Of a stretch of DNA of 51,554 nucleotides, positions 16,487 to 24,976 are shown one piece after another. The number at the start of each line of letters is the position of its first letter. Within the stretch, counting starts at the first letter, position 1. A program made the position numbers and the translations under genes. The DNA lies in assembly GCA_003222205.1 (NCBI GenBank), contig QHVC01000116.1, forward strand, positions 1-51,554, given 5' to 3'. The DNA comes from Gemmatimonadota bacterium. GTDB taxonomy: Bacteria > Gemmatimonadota > Gemmatimonadetes > Gemmatimonadales > GWC2-71-9. The notes beneath the pieces were generated by a model. That model was given only the letters and a program-made list of their open reading frames with translations, was not told where the DNA came from and searched no databases.

Positions 16487-17878
16487 GTGGCAAACCAATT
16501 CGATGTGATTATTCTGGGCGGCGGGCCCGCGGGCTACGTCGCCGCGATCCGCGCCGCCCAGCTGGGCCTCGCCACCGCCGTCGTCGAGAAGGAGAAGCTC
16601 GGCGGCGTGTGCGTGAACATCGGCTGCATCCCGACCAAGGCGCTGCTCCACTCGGCCTACATCGCGCGGCTGCTCAAGGACGCCAAGGAGTTCGGCGTCG
16701 AGGTCGGGAGCGTGAAGACGGACTACGGCGTCGCGATGAAGCGCTCCCGCCAGGTGAGCGATCAGAACTCCCGCGGCGTCGAGTTCCTGATGAAGAAGAA
16801 CAAGGTCACCGTGATCAAAGGCGCGGGGCTCCTCCAGCCGGGGAAGAAGGTCAAGGTCGGCAGCGACGTGTACGAGGCGACGAAAGGCGTCATCGTCGCC
16901 ACTGGGTCGCGCGTCAAGGGGATCCCGCAGATCGGTCTCGAGATCAACAAGAGCACCGTGATCTCCTCCGACGAGGCGCTGTTCCTCGAGAAGACGCCCA
17001 CGTCCTTGGCGGTGATCGGCGCGGGGGCGGTCGGGATGGAGTTCGCCGACATCTTCAACGCCTTCGGCGCCAAAGTGACGCTGATCGAAGCCCTGCCGCG
17101 GATCCTGCCGATCGAGGATCCGGAAGCCTCCGACACGCTCGCCAAGAGCTACAAGAAGCGCGGCATCGAGGTGATCGCGGGGGCGAAGGTCACCAAGGCC
17201 AACGTCGGCAAGGACAAGGTCGTGCTGGACGTCGAGGCCGGCGGCGCCAGGCAAACGGTCGAAGCCGCGGTGGTGCTGATGGCGGCCGGGCGCGCCGTCA
17301 ATACGGAGAACATCGGGCTCAAGGAGTGCGGCATCCAGCTCACCGACCGCGGCTTCATCAAGGTGGACCAGCGCCTCCAGACCACGACGCCCGGTTACTA
17401 CGCCATCGGCGACGTGGCGGGCCCCCCGATGCTCGCCCACAAGGGCTTCCGCGAGGGCGCCGTGGTGGCCGAGCGGCTCGCCGGCCACACGCCGCACCCC
17501 ATCCGCTACGACAACGTGCCCAGCGTGACGTACTGCCACCCCGAGGTGGCGAGCATCGGGCTCACCGAGGAGCAGTGCAAGGAGCGTAAGCTCGACTATG
17601 TGGCCGGGAAGTTCCCGTTCTCCGCCAACGGCCGGGCCCGCGGCACCGGCGAGACCGAGGGGCTGGTCAAGATCCTGCGCGACAAGAAATACGGGGAGAT
17701 CCTCGGCGCGCACATCGTCGGGGCGCACGCGTCCGAAATGATCCACGAGCTCGCCGTCGCGCGCGAGAACGAGTACACGGTCGAAGAGATCGACCTCGCG
17801 ATCCACGCGCACCCCACCATGTCGGAGGCGGTCGCGGAGGCGGCGCTCGATTCGCTCGGGCGGGCGATCCACATGTGA
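16487..17878 (+). CDS. lpdA: dihydrolipoyl dehydrogenase (E3)
   Basis: FDVIILGGGPAGYVAAIRAAQLG. Redox-active disulfide GGVCVNIGCIPTKALL. C-terminal HAHPTMSEAV. The GTG start is preceded by AAGGAGA with a 6-nt spacer. Confidence 0.95.
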   Translation: MANQFDVIILGGGPAGYVAAIRAAQLGLATAVVEKEKLGGVCVNIGCIPTKALLHSAYIARLLKDAKEFGVEVGSVKTDYGVAMKRSRQVSDQNSRGVEFLMKKNKVTVIKGAGLLQPGKKVKVGSDVYEATKGVIVATGSRVKGIPQIGLEINKSTVISSDEALFLEKTPTSLAVIGAGAVGMEFADIFNAFGAKVTLIEALPRILPIEDPEASDTLAKSYKKRGIEVIAGAKVTKANVGKDKVVLDVEAGGARQTVEAAVVLMAAGRAVNTENIGLKECGIQLTDRGFIKVDQRLQTTTPGYYAIGDVAGPPMLAHKGFREGAVVAERLAGHTPHPIRYDNVPSVTYCHPEVASIGLTEEQCKERKLDYVAGKFPFSANGRARGTGETEGLVKILRDKKYGEILGAHIVGAHASEMIHELAVARENEYTVEEIDLAIHAHPTMSEAVAEAALDSLGRAIHM

Positions 17879-18324
17879 GCGAGCCCGCCCCGTCTCCCCA
17901 GAAGGATCCCTTCGCCATCGGACTGGGTGCCCTCGCCACCGGCGCGGGGCTCGGCGGTGGCGTCGCCACGCTCGCGCAGGGCGTTGTCGCGATTCTGCGC
18001 GACCGGGTCGACCCGGAGTACTACCAATTCGTCGGTGCCGATCCCCTGCTGGCGGGTCTGGTGGCCGGTATCGTCGTCGCCGCGCTCTTCGGCTGGCGGC
18101 GCAGCACCCCTCTCGAAAACCTGTGGCAGAGCGGCGTGATCGGCGTGCTCTCGGCGGTGGGCGCGATCCTCATCGGCTTCCTCGCCGCGGTCGCCGATCG
18201 GCTCCTGGGGCTCGCGGGCATCGTCGCCTGGGGCCTCGCGAGCGTGACGTGCGGCGTCCTGGGCAGCCGCTGGGCGGTGCGCGCGGCGTCCGCGGGCATT
18301 CAGGAACCGGAGAGCACCCAGTGA
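17875..18324 (+). CDS. hypothetical integral membrane protein (about 4 hydrophobic helices)
   Basis: GTG at 17875 overlaps the lpd TGA, and its own TGA overlaps the lipB GTG (GTGA at both ends). Gly/Ala/Val-rich hydrophobic segments include GLGALATGAGLGGGVATLAQGVVAIL, LLAGLVAGIVVAALFGW, GVIGVLSAVGAILIGFLAAV and GLAGIVAWGLASVTCGVLG. Confidence 0.6.
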   Translation: MSEPAPSPQKDPFAIGLGALATGAGLGGGVATLAQGVVAILRDRVDPEYYQFVGADPLLAGLVAGIVVAALFGWRRSTPLENLWQSGVIGVLSAVGAILIGFLAAVADRLLGLAGIVAWGLASVTCGVLGSRWAVRAASAGIQEPESTQ

Positions 18325-19001
18325 GCGAGCGCGTGCTGGAGGTGATTCACGCCGGCCGCGTGCCGTACGGCGAAGCGCTGGAGTGGCAGCGCCGCCTCGC
18401 CCAGGACCGCATCGCGGGGCGCCTTGCGCACGACGTGCTGCTGCTGCTCGAACATCCTCCGGTCATCACGCTCGGTCGCAACAGTCACGCGGAGCACGTC
18501 CTGGCGGACGGCGCCGGGATCGAGGTGTTCGAGATCGAGCGTGGGGGAGATGTGACCTACCACGGCCCCGGTCAGCTCGTCGGCTATCCCATCATCGACC
18601 TCACGCACCACCGCCAGGACCTGCATTGGTACCTGCGGACGCTGGAGCAGGCCCTGATCGACGCTCTGGCCCGGCTCGGCGTCGCCGCCGAGCGGCATCC
18701 CGGCTACACCGGCGTGTGGACCGGGGGCGGCAAGCGCAAGATCGCCAGCATCGGCGTGCACGTGAAACAGTGGGTGACGTGGCACGGCTTCGCCCTGAAC
18801 GTGACGACGGACCTCACCGCGTTCGATCGCATCGTGCCGTGCGGGATCGCGGGCGTGGAGATGACGTCGGTCGAAAAAGAAAGGGGAACGGTGAAGGGGG
18901 AAGGGGCACTCTGGGATGAGACGGTCAGAGCCGTGATTCAAGGCTTCGAGTCGGCGTTCAACCTGACGGCGCGTCAGGAGCCAGTCACCACCAGCGCCTG
19001 A
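18321..19001 (+). CDS. lipB: lipoyl(octanoyl) transferase
   Basis: GTG at residue 67 of ORF 18123..19001. LLLLEHPPVITLGRNS, ERGGDVTYHGPGQLVGYPI, KIASIGVHVKQWVTWHGFALNV, PCGI. Confidence 0.9.
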   Translation: MSERVLEVIHAGRVPYGEALEWQRRLAQDRIAGRLAHDVLLLLEHPPVITLGRNSHAEHVLADGAGIEVFEIERGGDVTYHGPGQLVGYPIIDLTHHRQDLHWYLRTLEQALIDALARLGVAAERHPGYTGVWTGGGKRKIASIGVHVKQWVTWHGFALNVTTDLTAFDRIVPCGIAGVEMTSVEKERGTVKGEGALWDETVRAVIQGFESAFNLTARQEPVTTSA

Positions 19002-19914
19002 CGGTCAGGCCCACCAGGTGCTCCCGGAATACCCGGCGGGTGTCGTTGGATCCGTACATCTCGTATCGATAGCTCAGGTCTAGCTCCCAAACCCTCAACA
19101 GCATTTGCTGCCACACGACGGCCGCCACCCGGTCGTCGTCTCGCCTCAAGACTTTCGTGGTGCCCAGGTCGACCAGGCGGGACGTGTAGCGCCGGATGCG
19201 ATAGCGCGCGCTCCACGCGATCCGGCCTCCGGGCCACAGCGGCGTCGCGATGTCCAGGCCGCCGGTCCAGCCGCTGTAGCGGTGACGGGTGCTGTCGGCA
19301 TAGTTGTACTCGTAGCGGCCGCTCATCCCGAAGCTCCCGTGCGCCCCCAGCAGCTGCCGAAAGCGCGCGCCCACCCGCGGATCGACAGCGTTCTGGCCTT
19401 GGAGGGGGTCCGGGTACCGCTTGAGGAGGTACTCGCCGTACAGCTGCAGGCGGGTCGACCGGGTGAAGCGGTATTCGATCTCGGGTTGCAAGCTGTATTC
19501 GTTGCGCAGGACGCGGTCCTCGGATGAGCCGTTGAGCTCGACTTCCGCGGTGGCTCCCATCACCCAGTGGGGCCCGGTGCGTCGGTCGATCGACAGGCCG
19601 GCGTCGTGCCCCGGGCGATTCCAGATGGTGGTGTTGGTGTAGCGGCGGAACACTCCGTCGTACCACAGCTCGAGGGTCGTGTCCGAGAACCGCTGGCGGT
19701 AGCGTCCTCCCACCACGACGAGCACGCCGTAGGACTCCGGGCCGAGCGGCGTATGATCGATGTTGCTGTCGTAGACGTTCGAGAGCCCCGTATATGCGGA
19801 CCACGCCTGCGGCGCGGGCACGGTCTGCTGGAGCGCGGCGGGCTGCGCGGCGCCGAGCGTCAACACCACGGCGAGCAAGCCGCTGAGGCTTGGCGCGCGT
19901 GCGGGGTACCTCAC
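18985..19914 (-). CDS. outer-membrane beta-barrel protein of unknown family; last gene of the glycoconjugate operon
   Basis: GTG at 19914 overlaps the kinase TGA (GTGA). Signal peptide VRYPARAPSLSGLLAVVLTLGAAQPAALQ. Alternating amphipathic strands rich in Y/R/G (RYEYNYADSTRHRYSGWTGGLD...). Aromatic terminus LTVRRWW. The 3' end overlaps the convergent lipB 3' end by 17 nt. Confidence 0.65.
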   Translation of the reverse strand: MRYPARAPSLSGLLAVVLTLGAAQPAALQQTVPAPQAWSAYTGLSNVYDSNIDHTPLGPESYGVLVVVGGRYRQRFSDTTLELWYDGVFRRYTNTTIWNRPGHDAGLSIDRRTGPHWVMGATAEVELNGSSEDRVLRNEYSLQPEIEYRFTRSTRLQLYGEYLLKRYPDPLQGQNAVDPRVGARFRQLLGAHGSFGMSGRYEYNYADSTRHRYSGWTGGLDIATPLWPGGRIAWSARYRIRRYTSRLVDLGTTKVLRRDDDRVAAVVWQQMLLRVWELDLSYRYEMYGSNDTRRVFREHLVGLTVRRWW

Positions 19915-20981
19915 GAAGCGGCCCTCCCGGCTCTCCCCGGGCTCCTCACGCGCGGCCTCAGGGCCCCGTCGAGGCGCTGCTCGGACAGCTCGAGCAGTGC
20001 GACGGTGAACGCCCGCCGCTCCGCGAACTGCGTGCTGAGATAGACGTGGCGCGCGAGGGTGAGCAGGGCGTAGGCCCGCACGGTCGGCCGCGCCGAGGCA
20101 CCCGCAAGTTCGACGAAGCGGTCTTCCAGCGCCGCTTCCCGATCCGCGAGCGCCCCCGGATCTCCCTGCGTGCGCAGGCTCTGCTCCGTGATGTGGGCAA
20201 TGCAATTGCCGACGTCGAGGGCCGGGTCGCCCTCGCAGTAGAGATCGAAGTCGAGCAGGTAGAGCCGCTCACCGTCGAGCAGCGCGTGGTCGGGATAGAA
20301 GTCGCGATGGATGCCGCATGGCGGACCCGGCGTCGTCGCCGCGCCGAGGCGATCACAGGCGGCGAGCAGCCGCCGCAGCCGCCACGCCCACTCCGGTCGC
20401 GTCTCCCGCAGTGCCTCCAGGCAGCGATGCAGTATGCGCAGCTCGTCGGCCATGGTGTGCCGGCGCCGAGTCGCCACGCCTGCCTCATGCAGCTTGTGCA
20501 CCGCCTCGGCAAGCCGTCGCGCCAGCGCCACCCCGGTCGGCTCCGCCAGCGCGACGGTCGCCGCGGTGCCTCGCACCTTGCGTTGCAGCCACACCCCGAG
20601 CTCGGGGACCATGCCGACCGGCTCGGGGACGGCGATCCCATCCGGGCTCGCGTCGTCGAAGCCGCGCGCGCGCAGCGCCTGGACGAGGCGGAACGTCCCG
20701 GTATCGGCGCCGCGGGCCCGGGCCTTGGCCACGAGCGTGATGGCCTCTGGGGGCCCGTCGCGGCGCGTCACCTCCAGGTCGTACTCGATTAGGCAACGAC
20801 GCCCGGGTTTGTAGCGCACGGTACGGATCGCGCGCAAGGCGAGTCGAAGGGCGCCCCCGAACGGTCCGGCCTCTGGTGCGCGGAGGCGGCGTTCGACTTC
20901 CTCGGGATCGAGGGCCCGAGCAAGCAACGGCATCGCCGGGTCGGTACGGACGCCGAACGGGTCCAGCGTCACCGCGCTCAT
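19911..20981 (-). CDS. kinase of the APH / Kdo-WaaP lipopolysaccharide-kinase-like fold
   Basis: ATG at residue 112 of ORF 19911..21314 overlaps the methyltransferase TGA (ATGA). Catalytic loop CGIHRDFYPDHALL. Metal-binding LYLLDFDLYCEGDPALDVGN. N-lobe LIEYDLEV...ITLVAKAR. Confidence 0.7.
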   Translation of the reverse strand: MSAVTLDPFGVRTDPAMPLLARALDPEEVERRLRAPEAGPFGGALRLALRAIRTVRYKPGRRCLIEYDLEVTRRDGPPEAITLVAKARARGADTGTFRLVQALRARGFDDASPDGIAVPEPVGMVPELGVWLQRKVRGTAATVALAEPTGVALARRLAEAVHKLHEAGVATRRRHTMADELRILHRCLEALRETRPEWAWRLRRLLAACDRLGAATTPGPPCGIHRDFYPDHALLDGERLYLLDFDLYCEGDPALDVGNCIAHITEQSLRTQGDPGALADREAALEDRFVELAGASARPTVRAYALLTLARHVYLSTQFAERRAFTVALLELSEQRLDGALRPRVRSPGRAGRAAS

Positions 20982-21934
20982 GCCTTCGTCACTCGCAGCC
21001 AGATCTCGAGACGGCCGTGGATCAGATCCCGCCGCTCGACCCCTTCCGCCAGCGAGTCGCCGACGTCCGGACACTCCTCCAGGAGCGCGACGGCGAACGC
21101 CGACGGCTCCTCCGTCCACTCCAGGACTTCGAACGGTCCCGCCCCGATGAGGGAACGCCACTGCCCGAGGGTCAGGCGGTTCAGCGTCTGCAAGCGCGCG
21201 CAGCGTGTGGCGGCCATCGCCGCACCCTCGCTCTCCGTGACGAACCGTCGGAAGTCTTCCAACGTCATCCGGGCGTGGGCCCACGGGATGTCCACAAGCC
21301 CGCGCTTGTGGCAACCACGGAGCCAGAAGTAGGGATCGACGCGCAGATGGATCACACCTCCTGGCCGCACGACGCGCGCCATCTCGGCCAACGCACGCTC
21401 CACGGGCGCGATGTGCTCCATCGCCGACCGGGACACGAGCACGTCGAAGCAGGCGTCGGGGAACGCCAGTCGCGTGGCGTCGGCGCGGACGAAACGGACG
21501 GACGGAGGGGGGCCGGCCGTGGCGTGGGCCCGCCGACGCGCGCGCTCGAGGCGCTCGCGGACCAGCCCCGCCAGCCGGCGCGCGGGCGCCGCCATTTCAC
21601 CGGACTCGAAGAGCGGCAGCCGCAGATCTACGCCCACCGCGCGCCGCACGGCCACCGCGGCGAGGACGAGACAGTTGATCCCGTCGCCGCATCCCACATC
21701 GAGGACGGCCGCGCCGTCCAAGCGGTCGTGACGTCTCGCGACCGCGGCGACCAGGCGACGCGCCCGGGCCAGCTTCTTATCCGCGGCTCGCGCGTAGTCC
21801 TCCGCCGTCCAGTCCGGCCGCGGCGTCACCGACGGCCGGGAGCCGAGCACGCGGTCGCGGAAACCGGGAACGACCCGCACCGGCCGCCCATCCGTGCGGA
21901 CGAACGTCGTCATGCAGCCGCCGCCGCTGGGCAT
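20978..21934 (-). CDS. class I SAM-dependent methyltransferase with a C-terminal extension
   Basis: Motif I AAVLDVGCGDGIN. Post-I/II ...FDVLVSRSAMEHI. Motif III MARVVRPGGVIHL. Alternative ATG at 21913. Confidence 0.8.
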   Translation of the reverse strand: MPSGGGCMTTFVRTDGRPVRVVPGFRDRVLGSRPSVTPRPDWTAEDYARAADKKLARARRLVAAVARRHDRLDGAAVLDVGCGDGINCLVLAAVAVRRAVGVDLRLPLFESGEMAAPARRLAGLVRERLERARRRAHATAGPPPSVRFVRADATRLAFPDACFDVLVSRSAMEHIAPVERALAEMARVVRPGGVIHLRVDPYFWLRGCHKRGLVDIPWAHARMTLEDFRRFVTESEGAAMAATRCARLQTLNRLTLGQWRSLIGAGPFEVLEWTEEPSAFAVALLEECPDVGDSLAEGVERRDLIHGRLEIWLRVTKA

Positions 21935-21949
21935 CGCGCCGGCTCCGCT

Positions 21950-23800
21950 TCAGGTCGTGGCCGCATGGGAGGGTTGCGGGTCTGGGCCCCGGGCGCCGCC
22001 GGCCGTCTGCAGGTGGTAGAGAAGCGCATACCGTCCGTCGGTCTGCAGCAGCTCGGCGTGGGTGCCACGCTCGCGCACGCGGCCGGCTTCCAGGTAGAGG
22101 ATCACGTCCGCCCGGGCCGCGAGCTGCAGGTCATGGGTGATCAGGAACGTCGTCCGCCCCTCGGCCAACCGCTCCAGCGCCTCGATGACCGCCCGTTCGT
22201 TCTCGCCGTCGAGGCCCACTGTCGGCTCGTCGAGGATGAGGAGCGGGGCGCGCCGCACCGCCGCACGAGCGATCGCGATCCGCTGGCGCTGCCCGTTGGA
22301 CAGCGTGACGCCGCGCTCCCCGACGATGGTGTCGTATCCTTGCGGTAACGCCTCGACGAACGCGTGGGCGTTCGCGAGGCGGGCGGCCGCCTCGATCGCC
22401 TCGCGGGACGCGCCCGGCGCACCGTAGGCGATGTTGTCCTGGATCGTCGCGGCGAACAGCAGACTGTCCTGCAGGACCACGCTCGCCTGCGCGCGCAGCG
22501 AGGCGAGCGTGTACTCACGGATGTCGCGCCCGTCGATAAGCACCCGCCCTGCCGTGGGGTCGTACAGCCGCAGGATGAAACTCACGAAGGTGGATTTCCC
22601 GCTGCCGGACGGGCCCACCAACGCGACGTGTTGCCCCGCCTCCACCTCGCAGTCGATCGCTTCGAGCGCGGGCTGGCCCGGCTCGTAGCAGAAGCCGACG
22701 CCGTCGAACCGCACCGCCCCGCGCAAGGCGGGCGCCGGCACCGCCCCCGGCAGGTCGCGCACGTCGGGCGTGCGGTCCAGGAGATCGAGCACCCGCTCGC
22801 CCGCGGCGGACGCTTTCGCGAGGCGGCCCGTGTACTTGACGAAGTCGCGCACCGGGCGAAACGCATTCTTCAAGTACGCGAGGAACACCACGAGGTCGCC
22901 CGGGGTCATCGCGCCGCGCAGCGCCGATCGCGCGCCGAACCACAGCACCGCGGCGGTCGCGATCGCGATGAGCAGGTCCACGGTCCGCTCCAGCGCGGCG
23001 GAGAGGCGGGTCGCGCGGACGCCGGTCGCGAGATTCTTGCGGCTCTGTCCGGTGAAGGCCTGCGCGAAGGTCCCCTCGAGGGAGAGGGCGTGGATCACCT
23101 TGACCGCGCCGATCGATTCCGCGGCCGTCGCGGCCATCGCGCCCTCCTGCTGGCGCTGCCGCCGGGCCGTCTCGCGGATGCGGCGGCTGAGCCGGGCTGT
23201 GGATACCCAGAACAGCGGGCCCGTCGCCAAAGCGATCAGGGTGAGGGGAGCGTTGAGCCACAGCATCACCGCGGCCATGCCGACCAGCGTGAGGGCGTTG
23301 GCGAGCAGCGGCAGGAGCCCCGTGACCGCGACGTCCTGCAGGAACCCGACATCCCCCGTGACGCGCAGCAGCAGGTCACCGCTCCGGGCCCGATTGTGAA
23401 ACGAGAGGGACAGACGCTGGAGCTGGCCGTACAACTCGTTTCGAACGGCGGTCAGGACCCGGTTGCCGATGAGCGCGAAGCCGACCGTGTTGTAGTAGGC
23501 CGCGAGCGCCCGCAGGCCCGCGAACACGATCACGGCCAGCGCGGAGACCGCGAGGAGCGTCGCCGGATCGAGGGCGTCGAGGACCGGGAGCCGGGGCCCG
23601 CGGTGCCGGGTGACCGCGGCGATGCGGTCCAGCACCCACTTCAGCGGCCAGGGCTCGAGCAGCCGCATGCCGATCTCGGCGTACAGGGCGAACATCGACA
23701 CGGTGATCAGGGCGCGCTCGCGGCGCACGTAGGGCCAGAAGCGCCGCGCCAGCCGGCCCAGGCCGGGAAGCGAATCGCGAAGGCTCAGGGGACGTCCCAC
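21950..23800 (-). CDS. fused TMD-NBD ABC exporter (MsbA/PglK-like half transporter)
   Basis: N-terminal six-helix domain. Walker A GPSGSGKST, signature LSNGQRQRIAIARA, Walker B LLILDEPT, H-loop ITHDL. The GTG start abuts the upstream TAG with no spacer. Confidence 0.92.
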   Translation of the reverse strand: MGRPLSLRDSLPGLGRLARRFWPYVRRERALITVSMFALYAEIGMRLLEPWPLKWVLDRIAAVTRHRGPRLPVLDALDPATLLAVSALAVIVFAGLRALAAYYNTVGFALIGNRVLTAVRNELYGQLQRLSLSFHNRARSGDLLLRVTGDVGFLQDVAVTGLLPLLANALTLVGMAAVMLWLNAPLTLIALATGPLFWVSTARLSRRIRETARRQRQQEGAMAATAAESIGAVKVIHALSLEGTFAQAFTGQSRKNLATGVRATRLSAALERTVDLLIAIATAAVLWFGARSALRGAMTPGDLVVFLAYLKNAFRPVRDFVKYTGRLAKASAAGERVLDLLDRTPDVRDLPGAVPAPALRGAVRFDGVGFCYEPGQPALEAIDCEVEAGQHVALVGPSGSGKSTFVSFILRLYDPTAGRVLIDGRDIREYTLASLRAQASVVLQDSLLFAATIQDNIAYGAPGASREAIEAAARLANAHAFVEALPQGYDTIVGERGVTLSNGQRQRIAIARAAVRRAPLLILDEPTVGLDGENERAVIEALERLAEGRTTFLITHDLQLAARADVILYLEAGRVRERGTHAELLQTDGRYALLYHLQTAGGARGPDPQPSHAATT

Positions 23801-24976
23801 CTACGCCGCCACCGGGTCGTGGGTGGCGAGGGCGAGGACCTTCGCTGCAACCGCGTCCCACGTATGTCCCTGGAGCACCGTCGCCCGCGCGGCACGCCCG
23901 AGCCGGTCGCGGAGCTCCGGCTCACGCCGCAACCGAGAGAGTGCGGTGGCCAGCGCCCCAGGGTCCGCTGGCGAGCAGAGCAGCCCGTTGATCTCATGCT
24001 GGATGACCGCCTCAAGTTGCCCGACCCGACTCGCGACGACCGCGCGACCCGCCGCCATGTACTCGTAGACCTTGAGCGGCGAAAAGTAGAAGCGCTTGGA
24101 GTCCGGGTACGGAGCGACGGCCGCGTCCATGGACGTCAGGAGGCCCGGCACCTCGCCTGGCGCCACGACCCCGGTGAGCACGGCGGCGTTCGTCAGCCCG
24201 CGGGCCGCCAGTTCCGCACGGATAGCCGCATCCTCGGGCCCGCCGCCCACGAGCAGCAACCGGGTCGCCGCATCGTCGTGGTGGAGACGGGCGAACGCCT
24301 CGATAAGGACGGACAGGCCGTGCCACGGCTTCATCGAGCCGACGAAGCCCACGGTGAACGTCCCTGGCGGTCCCGGGCTGGCGGGCCGCACATCCGGCCG
24401 GAACCGCTCGGGGGCCACGCCGTTGTGCAGCACATGCACGCGGCCTCCCCCCGGGGCCGATGGCCAGCGCGCGAGCCAGGCGGCGACCTCGGCCGATACC
24501 GCCACCAGCGCGGTCGCCGCCTGAAAGACCCGTGCGGCCACCAGGGCCGCGCCCCCGGCATCGCGCAACCCTCGGTGTACCGCCTGCTCTTCGATGAGAG
24601 GCGCATTCACCTCGAGCAGGCCGGAGATGCCGGCCGCGCGGGCCTGCTCCATGGCGGCGAAGCTCCAGAGCGAGTACCGCTCGTAGACGAGGTCGTACGG
24701 CCCCGCTCGCTCGATCGCCGCGGCGACCTCGTGGTTCAGAGCCGTTACGGCGGCCGCGTGGCCGGCGGGCTCGCCGTCGCGGATCGCGGGCAGCCGGTGC
24801 ATCGACAGCGCGTCGAAGTCGGGCGGCGGCCGCTCGCCCACGCGGGCGGCGAACAGGTCCACGCGAGCGCCCTGGCGCTGGAAGGCACGGATCATCTCTT
24901 GCACGTGGACCGAGCTGCCCTTGCAGCCGAACACCGGGACCCCCGCGTCGGCGCAGACGTAGGCGATCCGCATCAC
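23801..24976 (-). CDS. glycosyltransferase family 4
   Basis: (M)MRIAYVCADAGVPVFGCKGSSVHVQEMIRAF at the N-terminus. C-terminal donor-binding region FYFSPLKVYEYMAAGRAVVASRVGQLEAVI. The start (GTG 24976 or ATG 24973) overlaps the upstream TGA. Confidence 0.85.
   Translation of the reverse strand: MMRIAYVCADAGVPVFGCKGSSVHVQEMIRAFQRQGARVDLFAARVGERPPPDFDALSMHRLPAIRDGEPAGHAAAVTALNHEVAAAIERAGPYDLVYERYSLWSFAAMEQARAAGISGLLEVNAPLIEEQAVHRGLRDAGGAALVAARVFQAATALVAVSAEVAAWLARWPSAPGGGRVHVLHNGVAPERFRPDVRPASPGPPGTFTVGFVGSMKPWHGLSVLIEAFARLHHDDAATRLLLVGGGPEDAAIRAELAARGLTNAAVLTGVVAPGEVPGLLTSMDAAVAPYPDSKRFYFSPLKVYEYMAAGRAVVASRVGQLEAVIQHEINGLLCSPADPGALATALSRLRREPELRDRLGRAARATVLQGHTWDAVAAKVLALATHDPVAA

Noticed and set aside
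15152-17872. 906-aa minus-strand ORF
   Set aside because: Antisense to pdhC and lpd. It has the low-complexity Arg/Gly/Asp-rich composition typical of a GC3 artefact.
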